64,000 nucleotides of DNA from an uncultured Chloroflexia bacterium (GTDB lineage Bacteria > Chloroflexota > Limnocylindria > Limnocylindrales > CSP1-4): assembly GCA_963794525.1 (NCBI GenBank), contig CAWCEC010000002.1, positions 25,364 through 89,363 on the forward strand. Reading direction: 5' to 3'. The position numbers were made by a program, and so were the translations under genes. Shown here piece after piece: positions 19,775 through 28,592 of the stretch; position 1 is the stretch's first letter; the number at the start of each line of letters is the position of its first letter. The notes beneath the pieces are model-generated. The model worked only from the letters and a program-made list of their open reading frames with translations. It was not told where the DNA came from and searched no databases.

Positions 19775-20491
19775 TCACGCTTGGTGGTCGATGAACGCCA
19801 ACGACATCGCGTTCACGATGCCGCCCTGGGTGCTTGATGCACCAGCGAACGATCGAAGCAGTCCGTCAAGGTCGGTCTGTGCCGCATCGACGTCCCGGCG
19901 CGCATCGTCATGGTGGCCTTCGTCGGTGACGAGCACGTCCGTCGTCGACCCCGAGCTCGCGCTCTCGGCCGATTGGCGCCAGCACCAGCGTCGAGCCGCC
20001 ACGTGACCAGCCTCGTCGATGAAGATCACCTCGCCCGGCTCTGGCCGCTCGGTCGCGCCGGAGCCGAGGTCGGTGAACGGCTCGTCGCCGGCTGCGAGAC
20101 GGACCGTCAACCCGCCCGTGATCGACGCCAGATCGAACATCGCCACCGGTAGCCCGTACCGGATACTCACGAGGTTGCCGATGTCGACCAGCGTGTTGAT
20201 CGACGGGATCGAGCCCTGCTTCGTCAGTCGACGCAGCAGCGCCTCTGCGGCTGAGCGATAGGCGGTCGGGTCGACGCCGAAGGAACGGAACGCCCGCCGC
20301 CAGGCGGCGAGGCTCGGCACCTCCGACAGCGGCGTGTCGCCGAGCCGCTCCAGTACCGCGCGCTGTTCCGTCGCGAACGCCTCGGCAAGTGCCGGCGACG
20401 AAGGCCCGTTCCGGACGCCCTCAACGTGCAGCACGCCCCCGACGATCGCGGGGAACCGCTCGATGATCTCGGAGTCGTACCGAAACAGCAC
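19775..20491 (-). CDS. B3/B4 tRNA-binding-domain protein (PheT B3/4-like)
   Basis: ORF 19775..20491. SAAEALLRRLTKQGSIPSINTLVDIGNLVSIRYGLPVAMFD matches the B3/4 domain pattern. Confidence 0.78.
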   Translation of the reverse strand: MLFRYDSEIIERFPAIVGGVLHVEGVRNGPSSPALAEAFATEQRAVLERLGDTPLSEVPSLAAWRRAFRSFGVDPTAYRSAAEALLRRLTKQGSIPSINTLVDIGNLVSIRYGLPVAMFDLASITGGLTVRLAAGDEPFTDLGSGATERPEPGEVIFIDEAGHVAARRWCWRQSAESASSGSTTDVLVTDEGHHDDARRDVDAAQTDLDGLLRSFAGASSTQGGIVNAMSLAFIDHQA

Positions 20492-20514
20492 GATGCGTAC
20501 GCTACCCTCCGAGC

Positions 20515-21684
20515 GTGGCGCGGCGAGTGAGGGGCAGCATGCGCGCGGCGAGCGCGCAATCGGTGACGTTCGTCGAGCTCTTCTTCGACCTCGTGTTCGT
20601 GTTCGCTGTCACGCAGCTCACCGTGCTGACCGCCCACGACCTGACGCCCGACGGGATCCTCCGCTCCATCCTCCTCGGCTGGCTGATCTGGTGGGCATGG
20701 ACGCAGTTCACCTGGACCCTCAACCCGGCCGACACGACCCATTCGACCGTGCGGATCATCACGCTCGCGGCCACTGGCGTTGCGCTCGTCATGGCCGCCT
20801 CGGTCCCGCGGGCGTTCGCCGACGATGCACTCTGGTTCGCCGGACCGTACGTCCTGGTCCGCCTGCTCGGGCTCGGTCTCCAGGTCTGGGTCGATCGCGA
20901 ACGAGTCGACGACGGCAGTCATGCCGGAGTCGTGAGGTGGGCCGGACTATCGACCATCGGGCTGGTGCTCGTGCTGGTCGGTGCGGTCCTCGATCCGACC
21001 TTGCGACCCTGGGTCTGGTTGCTGGCGATCGTCGCCGACGTCGTGGCCGCGGTGATCGCCGGCCGTAACACGGTCTGGGACTTGAACCCGGCACACCTAT
21101 CCGAGCGACATGGCCTGTTCGTGATCATCGCCATCGGCGAATCCCTCATCGTGGCAGGGACCGCCGTCGCCAACGACGAGCGGTCGTTCGCCCTCGCGTC
21201 GGCGGCTGCCGCCGCGATCGTGGTCGCCGCCCTCCTGTGGTGGACGTACTTCGGCTGGTTGAAGGAGGCCCTCGAGGACGCCTACGCGGCGGCACCACCA
21301 GAGCGGAACGGGCCGCTCGCCCGGGACGCGTTCAGCCTCGGCCATTTCCCGCTCGTCGCCGGCATCGTCGGGTTCGCGGTGGCGCTCGAGGAGATCGGAC
21401 TCCATCCGGACGAGCCGGCTCCGGCCGCGGTGCTCGCCTCGCTCGGAGTCGGTGTGGCGCTCTTCGTGGCCAGCTCGGCGGTGTCGCTGCGGGTCTGCGG
21501 CGGGCCGCTTCTGGTCCGACGCTTGGCGATCCTGTCGGTGATGCTCGTCGGGCTCATCGTCGTCGCGCCTATGGCGCCTGTGTGGCCGCTGACGGTCGTC
21601 GCCGTGGCGCTACTGACGATCGTCCTGATGGAGGGCTCCGGGCCAGCGACGGAGCCGGCGCCACACGCGGTGAGCGCGGCCTAG
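20515..21684 (+). CDS. ltrA: low-temperature-requirement A (LtrA) family membrane protein
   Basis: ORF 20515..21684. N-terminal signature VTFVELFFDLVFVFAVTQL and about 10 TM segments. The start may be ATG 20539. Confidence 0.85.
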   Translation: MARRVRGSMRAASAQSVTFVELFFDLVFVFAVTQLTVLTAHDLTPDGILRSILLGWLIWWAWTQFTWTLNPADTTHSTVRIITLAATGVALVMAASVPRAFADDALWFAGPYVLVRLLGLGLQVWVDRERVDDGSHAGVVRWAGLSTIGLVLVLVGAVLDPTLRPWVWLLAIVADVVAAVIAGRNTVWDLNPAHLSERHGLFVIIAIGESLIVAGTAVANDERSFALASAAAAAIVVAALLWWTYFGWLKEALEDAYAAAPPERNGPLARDAFSLGHFPLVAGIVGFAVALEEIGLHPDEPAPAAVLASLGVGVALFVASSAVSLRVCGGPLLVRRLAILSVMLVGLIVVAPMAPVWPLTVVAVALLTIVLMEGSGPATEPAPHAVSAA

Positions 21685-22439
21685 CGACGCTGGCGATCCA
21701 GGAAGGCCTGCATCCGCTCCCGTGTTTCGGGGGACCGGAAGCAGTCGATCTCGGCTTCGGTCTCGAGCCGCATCGCCCCGTCGAGATCGAGGTCGAGGCT
21801 TTCGTGGAACGTGCGCTTCGTCCACCCGGTGCCGACCCGTGGATACTCGGCGATCTGACGGGCGAACGCTTCGGCTTCGTCGAGGAGCGCATCCGGCTCG
21901 ACCACCCGGCTGACGAGGCCGATCCGTCGGGCCTCGTCGGCGTCGATGTTCTCGGCGCTGAACGCCATGTAGAGGGCGCGGCCGAGCCCGACGATCCGCG
22001 GCAGCAAGTACGTCATCCCGCTGGTCGGGTTCAGTCCGAGCGGTGTGTCGGGCAGGCCGAACTGCGTGCCGACGGCTGCGAAGCGGACATCGCACATCAA
22101 CGCCAGCTCGAAGCCACCCGCCAGGGCGTAGCCGTGGATCGCGGCGACGATCGGCTTAGGACAGGCGCGGAACGCCGCGGAGAGGCGCATGTACCGTCCG
22201 ATCGTGTCGGCGAACAGCCGCTCATCCATGGCGTGCATCGCCGTGATGTCGCCACCCGTCGAGAACGCGCGGCCGCGGCCGGTCAACACGGCTGCGCCGA
22301 TCATCTCGGAGCGCGCGATGGCGTCGACGGCGTCATGAACGCCGTCCAACATCTCGACGCTGATCGCGTTCAGCTTTTCGGGGCGGTTGAGGGTGATGAG
22401 CGCCACGTCGCCTCGGTTCTCGATCTCAACGACGCCCAC
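21681..22439 (-). CDS. enoyl-CoA hydratase/isomerase (crotonase) family protein
   Basis: ORF 21681..22439. ITLNRPEKLNA, FSTGGD, AAIHGYALAGGFELALMCD oxyanion-hole motifs. Confidence 0.9.
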   Translation of the reverse strand: MGVVEIENRGDVALITLNRPEKLNAISVEMLDGVHDAVDAIARSEMIGAAVLTGRGRAFSTGGDITAMHAMDERLFADTIGRYMRLSAAFRACPKPIVAAIHGYALAGGFELALMCDVRFAAVGTQFGLPDTPLGLNPTSGMTYLLPRIVGLGRALYMAFSAENIDADEARRIGLVSRVVEPDALLDEAEAFARQIAEYPRVGTGWTKRTFHESLDLDLDGAMRLETEAEIDCFRSPETRERMQAFLDRQRR

Positions 22440-23794
22440 TAGACGACCTCCCCTTGAAAGGTACGCATGACGCGACGCGTCTTGCCCTCCCCGGCGACCG
22501 AGCCCGGCCCGACGAGCGTGACGCTGGCCGTGAAGTTCACGTCGCGCCGCAAGCGCTCGACGATTTCGCGTGCAAGCGCCTCATGGCGGCCAGCAGGGAC
22601 GTCGGCGGCGACCTCGACCAAGATGGGGACCGGATAGTCGATCGGCGGCGGTCGATCGAGGTCGACGCGGAACTCGCCGGTGGTTTGCGGGGCGAGCGTC
22701 ATCAGCGAGGTCTGGATCGCGAGCGGGAAGACGTTGACACCCTTGACGATGAACATGTCGTCGGATCGTCCGAGGATGCGGAACCGGAAACTCGTCCGAC
22801 CGCAGCGGCACGGGTCGGTGAAGACCTGCATGACGTCGTGCGAGCGCATCCGCAGGAGGGGACTCGCCTCGCGACGGATCGAGGTATAGACCACCTCACC
22901 CTGCTGTCCATCCCTGAACGGTAGGACGTCGCCTGTATCGGGATCGATCAGCTCGGCGATGGCGAACCCGGTCCCACCGAAATGCACGCCGGCAAGTTCC
23001 TCGCACTCGCCAGAATGGAGCCCGAGCTCGCCGGTTCCGTACTGGTCACGCGCGACCATGCCCCAGATACCCTCGACCCGCTCGCGGTAACCAGGGACCT
23101 GAAGGCCGGCTTCGCCAGAGAAGTACCCCTTCCGCAGGCCGAGCTCCCGCGGATCAAGACCCATCCCGCGAGCGACCTCCGCCAACCGGACGGCGTACGA
23201 CGGTGTCGCCCAGATGCCGACCGGATCGGTCATCTGGGAAATCATCGTCAGCAATCGCTCTGAGTGACCGACGCCGAACGGGATCGTCGCCGCGCCCAAC
23301 GTCTCGAAGGTCAGGTGATCGCTCAGACCGCCCGCGTACAGGTTGTAGTTCATGCATTCGAATACGATCTCGCGCGGTCGGCAGCCCATCGCCCACAGCG
23401 AGCGCGCCCCCATCTCGCCGTAATCCTCGATGTCGCGGCGAGTGAGCCCGATACGGATCGGCTGGCTGGTCGTTCCGCCTGTCGCCTGGATGCGGACGAT
23501 CTGGTCGAGCGGTGCGCACTGGTTGACGCCGAGGAGCGCGCCGTCGGCCTGGGATTCAGCGACCTCGCTCTTCTCCATGAACTTGATGCGGGCGAGGTCC
23601 TCGACGTGCCGGATGTCGGCGGGCTTTGTGCCGGCTTCGTCGAGCTTCGCCCGGTAATACGGACTCGTCTCGTAGTCGTAAGCGATCTGCTCGGCGAGCC
23701 GCTCGTCCTCGAGGCGGCGGAGCTCGGCCGGCGAGAGCGTCTCGATCCCCTCGTTCCAGAATCGCTTGCCACTCACCGCGACAGCTTCGCGCAT
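22439..23794 (-). CDS. phenylacetate-CoA ligase (PaaK)-like adenylate-forming enzyme
   Basis: ORF 22439..23794. FWNEGIETLSPAELRRLEDERL start, ATGGTTSQP (AMP-binding P-loop) and a C-terminal ACT-like tail. 1-nt overlap with the crotonase start. Confidence 0.85.
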   Translation of the reverse strand: MREAVAVSGKRFWNEGIETLSPAELRRLEDERLAEQIAYDYETSPYYRAKLDEAGTKPADIRHVEDLARIKFMEKSEVAESQADGALLGVNQCAPLDQIVRIQATGGTTSQPIRIGLTRRDIEDYGEMGARSLWAMGCRPREIVFECMNYNLYAGGLSDHLTFETLGAATIPFGVGHSERLLTMISQMTDPVGIWATPSYAVRLAEVARGMGLDPRELGLRKGYFSGEAGLQVPGYRERVEGIWGMVARDQYGTGELGLHSGECEELAGVHFGGTGFAIAELIDPDTGDVLPFRDGQQGEVVYTSIRREASPLLRMRSHDVMQVFTDPCRCGRTSFRFRILGRSDDMFIVKGVNVFPLAIQTSLMTLAPQTTGEFRVDLDRPPPIDYPVPILVEVAADVPAGRHEALAREIVERLRRDVNFTASVTLVGPGSVAGEGKTRRVMRTFQGEVV

Positions 23795-23876
23795 CGGCGG
23801 CCACCGGCGCTCAGCGACGCGCGCTGGTCACGACCCAGGACCGCGCGGTCGTGGCGCGAGTACGGGTCGGGTCGGG

Positions 23877-24407
23877 TCAGATCCCGCCGAAGTCGCCGCC
23901 GCCGAAGTCTCCCCCGCCGAAATCGCCGCCACCGAAGTCGCCGGCGTCCCCGCCCATGTCGCCGCTCGCGACGTCGCCTTCGCCGAACTCGCTACCCGAG
24001 TCGCCGGTGTCGGCCGTGTCGCCACCCTGGTCGGCAGTCTCGCCGCTCGCGCCGGCGTCATTGTCGAAGAACGTCTGCGCCGCGGCAGTCCCGATGAAGC
24101 TCGCTGCTAGGGTGGCGAAGAAAAAGCTGCCGAGGCCGAAGCCGGCCCCGCCGCTGCCCCACGCTCGCTCGATCGTGCCGGGCTGCCGGACCTCCGCCCG
24201 CGTCGCCGTCCGGGCGAGCGACGTCGGATCGTCGCCGCGGATCTCACTTGGTGGCACGACCTGGGCGAGTGCCGCGAGGGCCTGGCGGCGCTGGTCGGGC
24301 GTGAGCCTGGCGAATGCTTCCTCGTGGGCGCGCTCGATCTCCTCGGGCGGCGCGGTCTGCAGCATGTATCGGTATCGGGCGAGCGCCTGCTCGTCGGTGC
24401 GGTCCAT
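23877..24407 (-). CDS. hypothetical membrane protein with C-terminal (GDFGG)n tail
   Basis: ORF 23877..24407. Helical N-domain (ALARYRYMLQTAPPEEIERAHEEAF), one TM (FGLGSFFFATLAASFIGTAAA), then an acidic Gly/Asp tail ending GDFGGGDFGGGDFGGGDFGGI. Confidence 0.7.
   Translation of the reverse strand: MDRTDEQALARYRYMLQTAPPEEIERAHEEAFARLTPDQRRQALAALAQVVPPSEIRGDDPTSLARTATRAEVRQPGTIERAWGSGGAGFGLGSFFFATLAASFIGTAAAQTFFDNDAGASGETADQGGDTADTGDSGSEFGEGDVASGDMGGDAGDFGGGDFGGGDFGGGDFGGI
23883..23942. repeat. 4 x 15-bp in-frame tandem repeat encoding the GDFGG tail
   Basis: Units at 23883, 23898, 23913 and 23928 (cccgccgaagtcgcc and variants). Confidence 0.9.
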
Positions 24408-24511
24408 GACAGTTCCTCCTTGGTCGATCGGGATGCACCGACCGCCGCGACCAGTGTGCGCTCGACCACCAGAACTCGCCCGCAGGCTATGCCCGGACTC
24501 TGCTTGCCTGA

Positions 24512-25420
24512 CTACTTGGGCGTCGCCTGGATCGACGCCGGCGATGACCCCGCCGATGGCGACGCGGCCGGCGCCCAGAGTCCGAGTGCGGCGGTCTTCG
24601 CCGAGTCCTGGGCCTGTGTCAGGAGGCTCGCATACTTCTCATCAGGCGGGATGGTGGTGGCCTGGGCGAACCCGCGGCGCACGAGCTCGAGGTTGGCGAG
24701 CACCATCGTGCCACCAGGTCCGACGAACCACACGTGCCGAAGCAGGCGGCCGAACTGGTCGGTGTCCGAGACGTCCTGCTCGAGGTACACCTCGCGGCCA
24801 TCGATCAACGACCGATTGGCGGCGGTGGCCGCGTCGGCCCAACCCTTGATGGTCGGGTCCGTTGCGTCGGGCTCGGGCGCGTCGATGCCGATGTAGCGAA
24901 GCGCGTATTCCTCGCCGTCGACGTCGACGCGGATCGTGTCGCCGTCGGTCACGCTCATGACGATCGCGTATCGAGTCTCGCCGGTGGGACCGAAGGTCGG
25001 TGCAGCCGGCGAGCCGGACGCGCCGGACGCCGGTAGTTCACCGACGAGCGGCGAGCCGATCGCCGTACTGGGCTGTGCCGTCGACCCGCTCCGCTGGCCG
25101 AGCGCATTCGAGATCGCGCTCAATGCCAGCACGCCGGCCAGGGCAACGATCGCGACGCGAACGACGGCCCGTTCGCGGGACTTCGGCCGCTCCGCGACGA
25201 CCGTTTCCGGTCGAACGGTCGTGACGATATCGAACATCGACGGTGCGTCCGAGATCGGCGGGGGTGCCTGCGGCAAGGCCACCTGCCCAGGCACCGCGGA
25301 CGCCGCCCGAGCAGCCGGCGTCGTGAGCTCGTCGAAGTCGAACCCACACTTGCTGCAGAAGCGGAAGAACCCAGTGCGTTTCGTCCCGCAGGTCGGGCAG
25401 AAACGTCCCTCGGTAGTCAT
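24512..25420 (-). CDS. membrane-anchored thermonuclease (SNase-like) with N-terminal zinc ribbon
   Basis: ORF 24512..25489 trimmed to ATG 25420. CPTCGTK...CSKCG zinc ribbon, a TM (VVRVAIVALAGVLALSAI), then an SNase fold (VTDGDTIRV...LRYIGIDAPE...GRLLRHVW...LELVRRGFA). Confidence 0.82.
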   Translation of the reverse strand: MTTEGRFCPTCGTKRTGFFRFCSKCGFDFDELTTPAARAASAVPGQVALPQAPPPISDAPSMFDIVTTVRPETVVAERPKSRERAVVRVAIVALAGVLALSAISNALGQRSGSTAQPSTAIGSPLVGELPASGASGSPAAPTFGPTGETRYAIVMSVTDGDTIRVDVDGEEYALRYIGIDAPEPDATDPTIKGWADAATAANRSLIDGREVYLEQDVSDTDQFGRLLRHVWFVGPGGTMVLANLELVRRGFAQATTIPPDEKYASLLTQAQDSAKTAALGLWAPAASPSAGSSPASIQATPK

Positions 25421-25529
25421 GAAGTGGCGGTGCGGCGGAGGTGCATGCTCGGAACCCCGGAGTCGCGTCAGTCGGGCGACGGACCCCAATCCTACGGGCT
25501 CGGTCCAGTCCGCACATTGGACCGTCTAA

Positions 25530-25933
25530 CCACCAGGGCCCGCGTCCCGCCGCGAGGGACACCCGACGAACGGGCCGGTCGCCACGGGCTGGTTGTCCCG
25601 CCGCGAGGACACCCGACGAACGGGCCGGTCGCCACGGGCTGGTTGTCCCGCCGCGAGGGACACCCGACGAACGGGCCGGTCGCCACGGGCTGGTTGTCCC
25701 GCCGGGAGGGATACCCGACGAACGGGCCGGTCGCCACGGGCTGGTTGTCCCGCCGGGAGGGACACCCGACGAACGGGCCGGTCGCCACGGGCTGGTTGTC
25801 CCGCCGGGAGGGACACCCGACAACGGGCCGGTCGCCACGGGCTGGTTGTCCCGCCGGGAGGGACACCCGACGAACGGGCCGGTCGCCACGGGCTGGTTGT
25901 CTCGCCGCGAGGGACACCCGACGAACGGGCCGG
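25530..25933. repeat. intergenic tandem array, about 7.9 units of 50-51 bp (MIRU-like minisatellite)
   Basis: Unit starts (GTCCCGCC) at 25544, 25595, 25645, 25696, 25747, 25798, 25848 and 25899, i.e. spacings 51, 50, 51, 51, 51, 50, 51. Units differ by a few SNPs/indels. Each unit contains GGGACA...TGTCCC and CCCG...CGGG pairings. Confidence 0.95.
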
Positions 25934-25950
25934 ACGTCCGTCCCGAGCGA

Positions 25951-26412
25951 CTAGGCCCGCCCGGACCGTCCCGTTTCCACGATCCGCTTCAGCCGCTTCA
26001 GGTCGCCCTGGACGGACCGCCGGACCATCCAGCCCATGAGCGCGCCGGGCATCGCCCCGTACATCCCCTTCGCATCGCCGCGGATCCGGATGCTTGCTCG
26101 TGTTGCGCGACCGCCGTCCATCGGCTCCAGGTGGTAGTCGACATCCATCGGGAACGGGCTCTCCAGGGCGTGCATCCCCACATGGCGGGCGGGCTCGAAC
26201 GCCTCGACCTGCATCAGCCACTCGATCGGCCGACGCATGAAGCCGCCGATGCGGCGCACTCGGGAGCCTTGCGCGATGGGCAGGTCCGTGACGAGCTCGA
26301 CCCGGTCGACGCCGCCGATCCAGTGAGGGTCCCGGCGAGGGTCGAATTGGACGGCCGCGACCGCCTCGGGTGCGGCCGCGATGTCGGTGGTGGCTGTGAC
26401 ATCGATGGCCAT
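25951..26412 (-). CDS. SRPBCC-superfamily protein (polyketide cyclase/dehydrase-like)
   Basis: ORF 25951..26493 trimmed to ATG 26412 (MAIDVTATTDIAAAPEAV...). Size and pattern match the START/Bet v1-like fold. Confidence 0.7.
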   Translation of the reverse strand: MAIDVTATTDIAAAPEAVAAVQFDPRRDPHWIGGVDRVELVTDLPIAQGSRVRRIGGFMRRPIEWLMQVEAFEPARHVGMHALESPFPMDVDYHLEPMDGGRATRASIRIRGDAKGMYGAMPGALMGWMVRRSVQGDLKRLKRIVETGRSGRA

Positions 26413-26420
26413 CGGTCGAC

Positions 26421-26843
26421 TCAGAAGTCGAAGAACGGCTGGGGCGTGCCCGTCTCGGCGTACCCCTTGAGCCGCAACAGGATCTGCGCCCACGCCGGCG
26501 TGATGATCGGGATCACCGGGTTATCGGGCTCGTAGTCGCGGTGGCTGAACAGCAACCGGGTGCCCGGGCCGTCCGGGTTGCCACCGATGTCGAACCGGAT
26601 CGTCGTGCCAGCCCACCATGGCGGGAAGCTGCCCGTCACCCATTCGACGCGGTCGGGGGTCTCGCGGACCGCGAACTCGAACGGTTGCGTGGTGTCAGGG
26701 AACGAGGTCTCCAGCTTGCCATCCCCGAGGTCGGAGTGGGTCGTCCACCACGACCTGATGCCGTCCTCGGTGTGCAGCGCACGATGCACGGCATCCGCCT
26801 CCGCATCGATGTCGAACTGCATGACCACGTGGTAGTCGCCCAC
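26421..26843 (-). CDS. SRPBCC/AHSA1-domain protein
   Basis: ORF 26421..26843. VHRALHTEDGIRSWW and a C-terminal WAQILLRLKGYAETG are typical of Aha1-like SRPBCC proteins. Divergent from the ArsR gene. Confidence 0.75.
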   Translation of the reverse strand: MGDYHVVMQFDIDAEADAVHRALHTEDGIRSWWTTHSDLGDGKLETSFPDTTQPFEFAVRETPDRVEWVTGSFPPWWAGTTIRFDIGGNPDGPGTRLLFSHRDYEPDNPVIPIITPAWAQILLRLKGYAETGTPQPFFDF

Positions 26844-26922
26844 GAATGTGTCCTCCTCGACCTCCGTATTTTAGCCATCGCTATAGTACGCGCGGTGCAG
26901 CGCTATTTCAAGGGAGACTAAA

Positions 26923-27255
26923 ATGCCGTCGATGGATGGCCTGCAGGTTGTCGGCGACGCGACTCGGCGCGAGATCCTCCGGCTGGTGTGGGATCGCGAG
27001 CGGTCAGCCGGCGACATCGCCGACCGCTTTCCCGTCACGTTCGGGGCGGTGTCGCAGCACCTCGGCGTGCTTCGGGAGGCGGGCTTCGTGACCGTTCGCC
27101 CTGAGGGCAATCGACGCTTCTATCGCGCCGACCATTCGGCGCTCGGGCCGCTTGCCCGGGTGCTCGAGGCGATGTGGACGACGTCCCTCGATCGACTCGC
27201 GACTGCGGTCGAGGCCGATCCCCACCCCAAACCAAAGCGGCGAACCCGACGATGA
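26923..27255 (+). CDS. ArsR/SmtB-family transcriptional regulator
   Basis: ORF 26923..27255. GDATRREILRLV...SAGDIADRFPVTFGAVSQHLGVLREAGFV wHTH. Confidence 0.9.
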   Translation: MPSMDGLQVVGDATRREILRLVWDRERSAGDIADRFPVTFGAVSQHLGVLREAGFVTVRPEGNRRFYRADHSALGPLARVLEAMWTTSLDRLATAVEADPHPKPKRRTRR

Positions 27256-27686
27256 CCGCTGAAGGCGACACCATCCGGGTCGAGCGCCGCATCGATGCGC
27301 CGCCGAGTGCCGTGTACCGCTACCTGACGGAGTCGGAGCTGTGGTCGCGCTGGCAGGGCGAGTCGGCCGATCTCGACCCGGTCCCGGGTGGTCGGTTCCA
27401 GGTGCGAATGGGCGAAGACCAAGTCGTGGAAGGCACGTTCGTCGCCGTGGAACCCGGCACGCGCGTGGTGATCACGTGGGGATGGCGTGGCCACCCGCGG
27501 ATGCCGCCCGGCACCACCACCGTCGAATTCGAGCTCGTCGCGGACGGCCCGGGCACGATCGTTCGGCTGACCCACCGCGGCATCCCGATCGACGACCTGC
27601 CGCTCCATCGCCAGGGCTGGGCGGTGTTCCTCCCGCGTCTGGCGACAGCGGTCACCGGTGGCGATCCGGGCCCGAACCCGAGCTGA
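27252..27686 (+). CDS. SRPBCC/AHSA1-domain protein
   Basis: ATG 27252 inside ORF 27174..27686, ATGA overlap with the ArsR stop. RIDAPPSAVYRYLTESELWSRW, LTHRG...GWAVFLPRLA. Confidence 0.8.
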   Translation: MTAEGDTIRVERRIDAPPSAVYRYLTESELWSRWQGESADLDPVPGGRFQVRMGEDQVVEGTFVAVEPGTRVVITWGWRGHPRMPPGTTTVEFELVADGPGTIVRLTHRGIPIDDLPLHRQGWAVFLPRLATAVTGGDPGPNPS

Positions 27687-27695
27687 CGTCAGTCG

Positions 27696-28577
27696 ATGGA
27701 ACTCGGGCTGAACCTGCCATACGTCGAGGGTGCGATGGACGGGCGGACGCCGCGCTGGACCGACATCCTCGCGATGGCGCAGACGGCCGAGGCGATCGGC
27801 TTCGATGCGTTGTGGGTGTCGGATCACGTCGGGTTCGGGGATCCGGACGGTGACTGGCGCGGCGCATGGGAGTCGTGGACGGTGCTCGCCGCGTTGGCCG
27901 CCTCGACCCGGCGTGTCGCGCTCGGCCCGTACGTGCTGGCGGTCCCGCTCCGAAGCCCGGCGCTGCTGGCCAAGATGGCCGAGACGCTCGATGAGGTCAG
28001 CGGCGGACGGCTGATCCTCGGCATCGGCGCCGGCTGGAACGAGCCCGAGTTTGCGAGCTACGGGATCCCACTTGCCGATCGGTTCCGGCGGTTCGAGGAA
28101 GCCCTGCGGGTGATCACGGACATGCTGCGGACCGGGCGATCGACGCTCGACGGGAAGACGGTCCGGACGCGGTCGGCGCGGCTCGAACCACGCGGCCCGA
28201 GACCGGACGGCCTGCCGGTGATGGTCGGCGCGAACGGACCGCGGATGCTGCGACTGACCGCGGAGCTGGCCGACCACTGGAACGGTGGCCTGCGCTCGAT
28301 CGACGAGGTGCCGGCGCAGCTCGAGGCGCTGGACCGGGCGTGCCGCGAGGTCGGTCGGACGGCTCCCATCACGAAGTCGGTGGAGGTGCTGGTGCGTACC
28401 GTGTCCTCAGGCGCGCCACCCGAGGCGAGGGAGATCCGGGGCGATCCGGCGACGGTCGCCGCCGAGCTGGGGCGGTTCGCCGAGCTGGGCATCGACCACC
28501 TCCAGGTCCAGCTCCGGCCGAACTCCCTCGAGGGCGTCCAGGCGTTCGCGCCAGTGATCGAGCGACTGCAGGACTGA
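27696..28577 (+). CDS. LLM-class (luciferase-like) flavin/F420-dependent oxidoreductase
   Basis: ORF 27696..28577. GFDALWVSDH, GGRLILGIGAGW, LRLTAELADHWN patterns. Confidence 0.88.
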   Translation: MELGLNLPYVEGAMDGRTPRWTDILAMAQTAEAIGFDALWVSDHVGFGDPDGDWRGAWESWTVLAALAASTRRVALGPYVLAVPLRSPALLAKMAETLDEVSGGRLILGIGAGWNEPEFASYGIPLADRFRRFEEALRVITDMLRTGRSTLDGKTVRTRSARLEPRGPRPDGLPVMVGANGPRMLRLTAELADHWNGGLRSIDEVPAQLEALDRACREVGRTAPITKSVEVLVRTVSSGAPPEAREIRGDPATVAAELGRFAELGIDHLQVQLRPNSLEGVQAFAPVIERLQD

Positions 28578-28592
28578 CGCTCTGCGAGGCCT

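Noticed and set aside
25530-25933. Possible CRISPR array (regularly spaced GC-rich repeats of about 29 nt with about 22-nt 'spacers').
   Set aside because: The inter-core segments are themselves identical from unit to unit, so the whole 50-51-bp unit repeats and there are no unique spacers. There are no cas genes in the window. The same holds for 42085-42372.
25038-26535. Long ORFs through the tandem array on both strands (25441..26535 +, 25038..25889 -, 25526..26221 -, etc.) encoding 17-aa repeats such as GGTTSPWRPARSSGVPP or REGHPTNGPVATGWLSR.
   Set aside because: All six frames are open, which is trivial for a GC-rich repeat. The 50-bp units break any frame. There is no RBS or start at the array edge. 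The peptides resemble no protein repeat family I know, and the ORFs overlap well-supported flanking genes.
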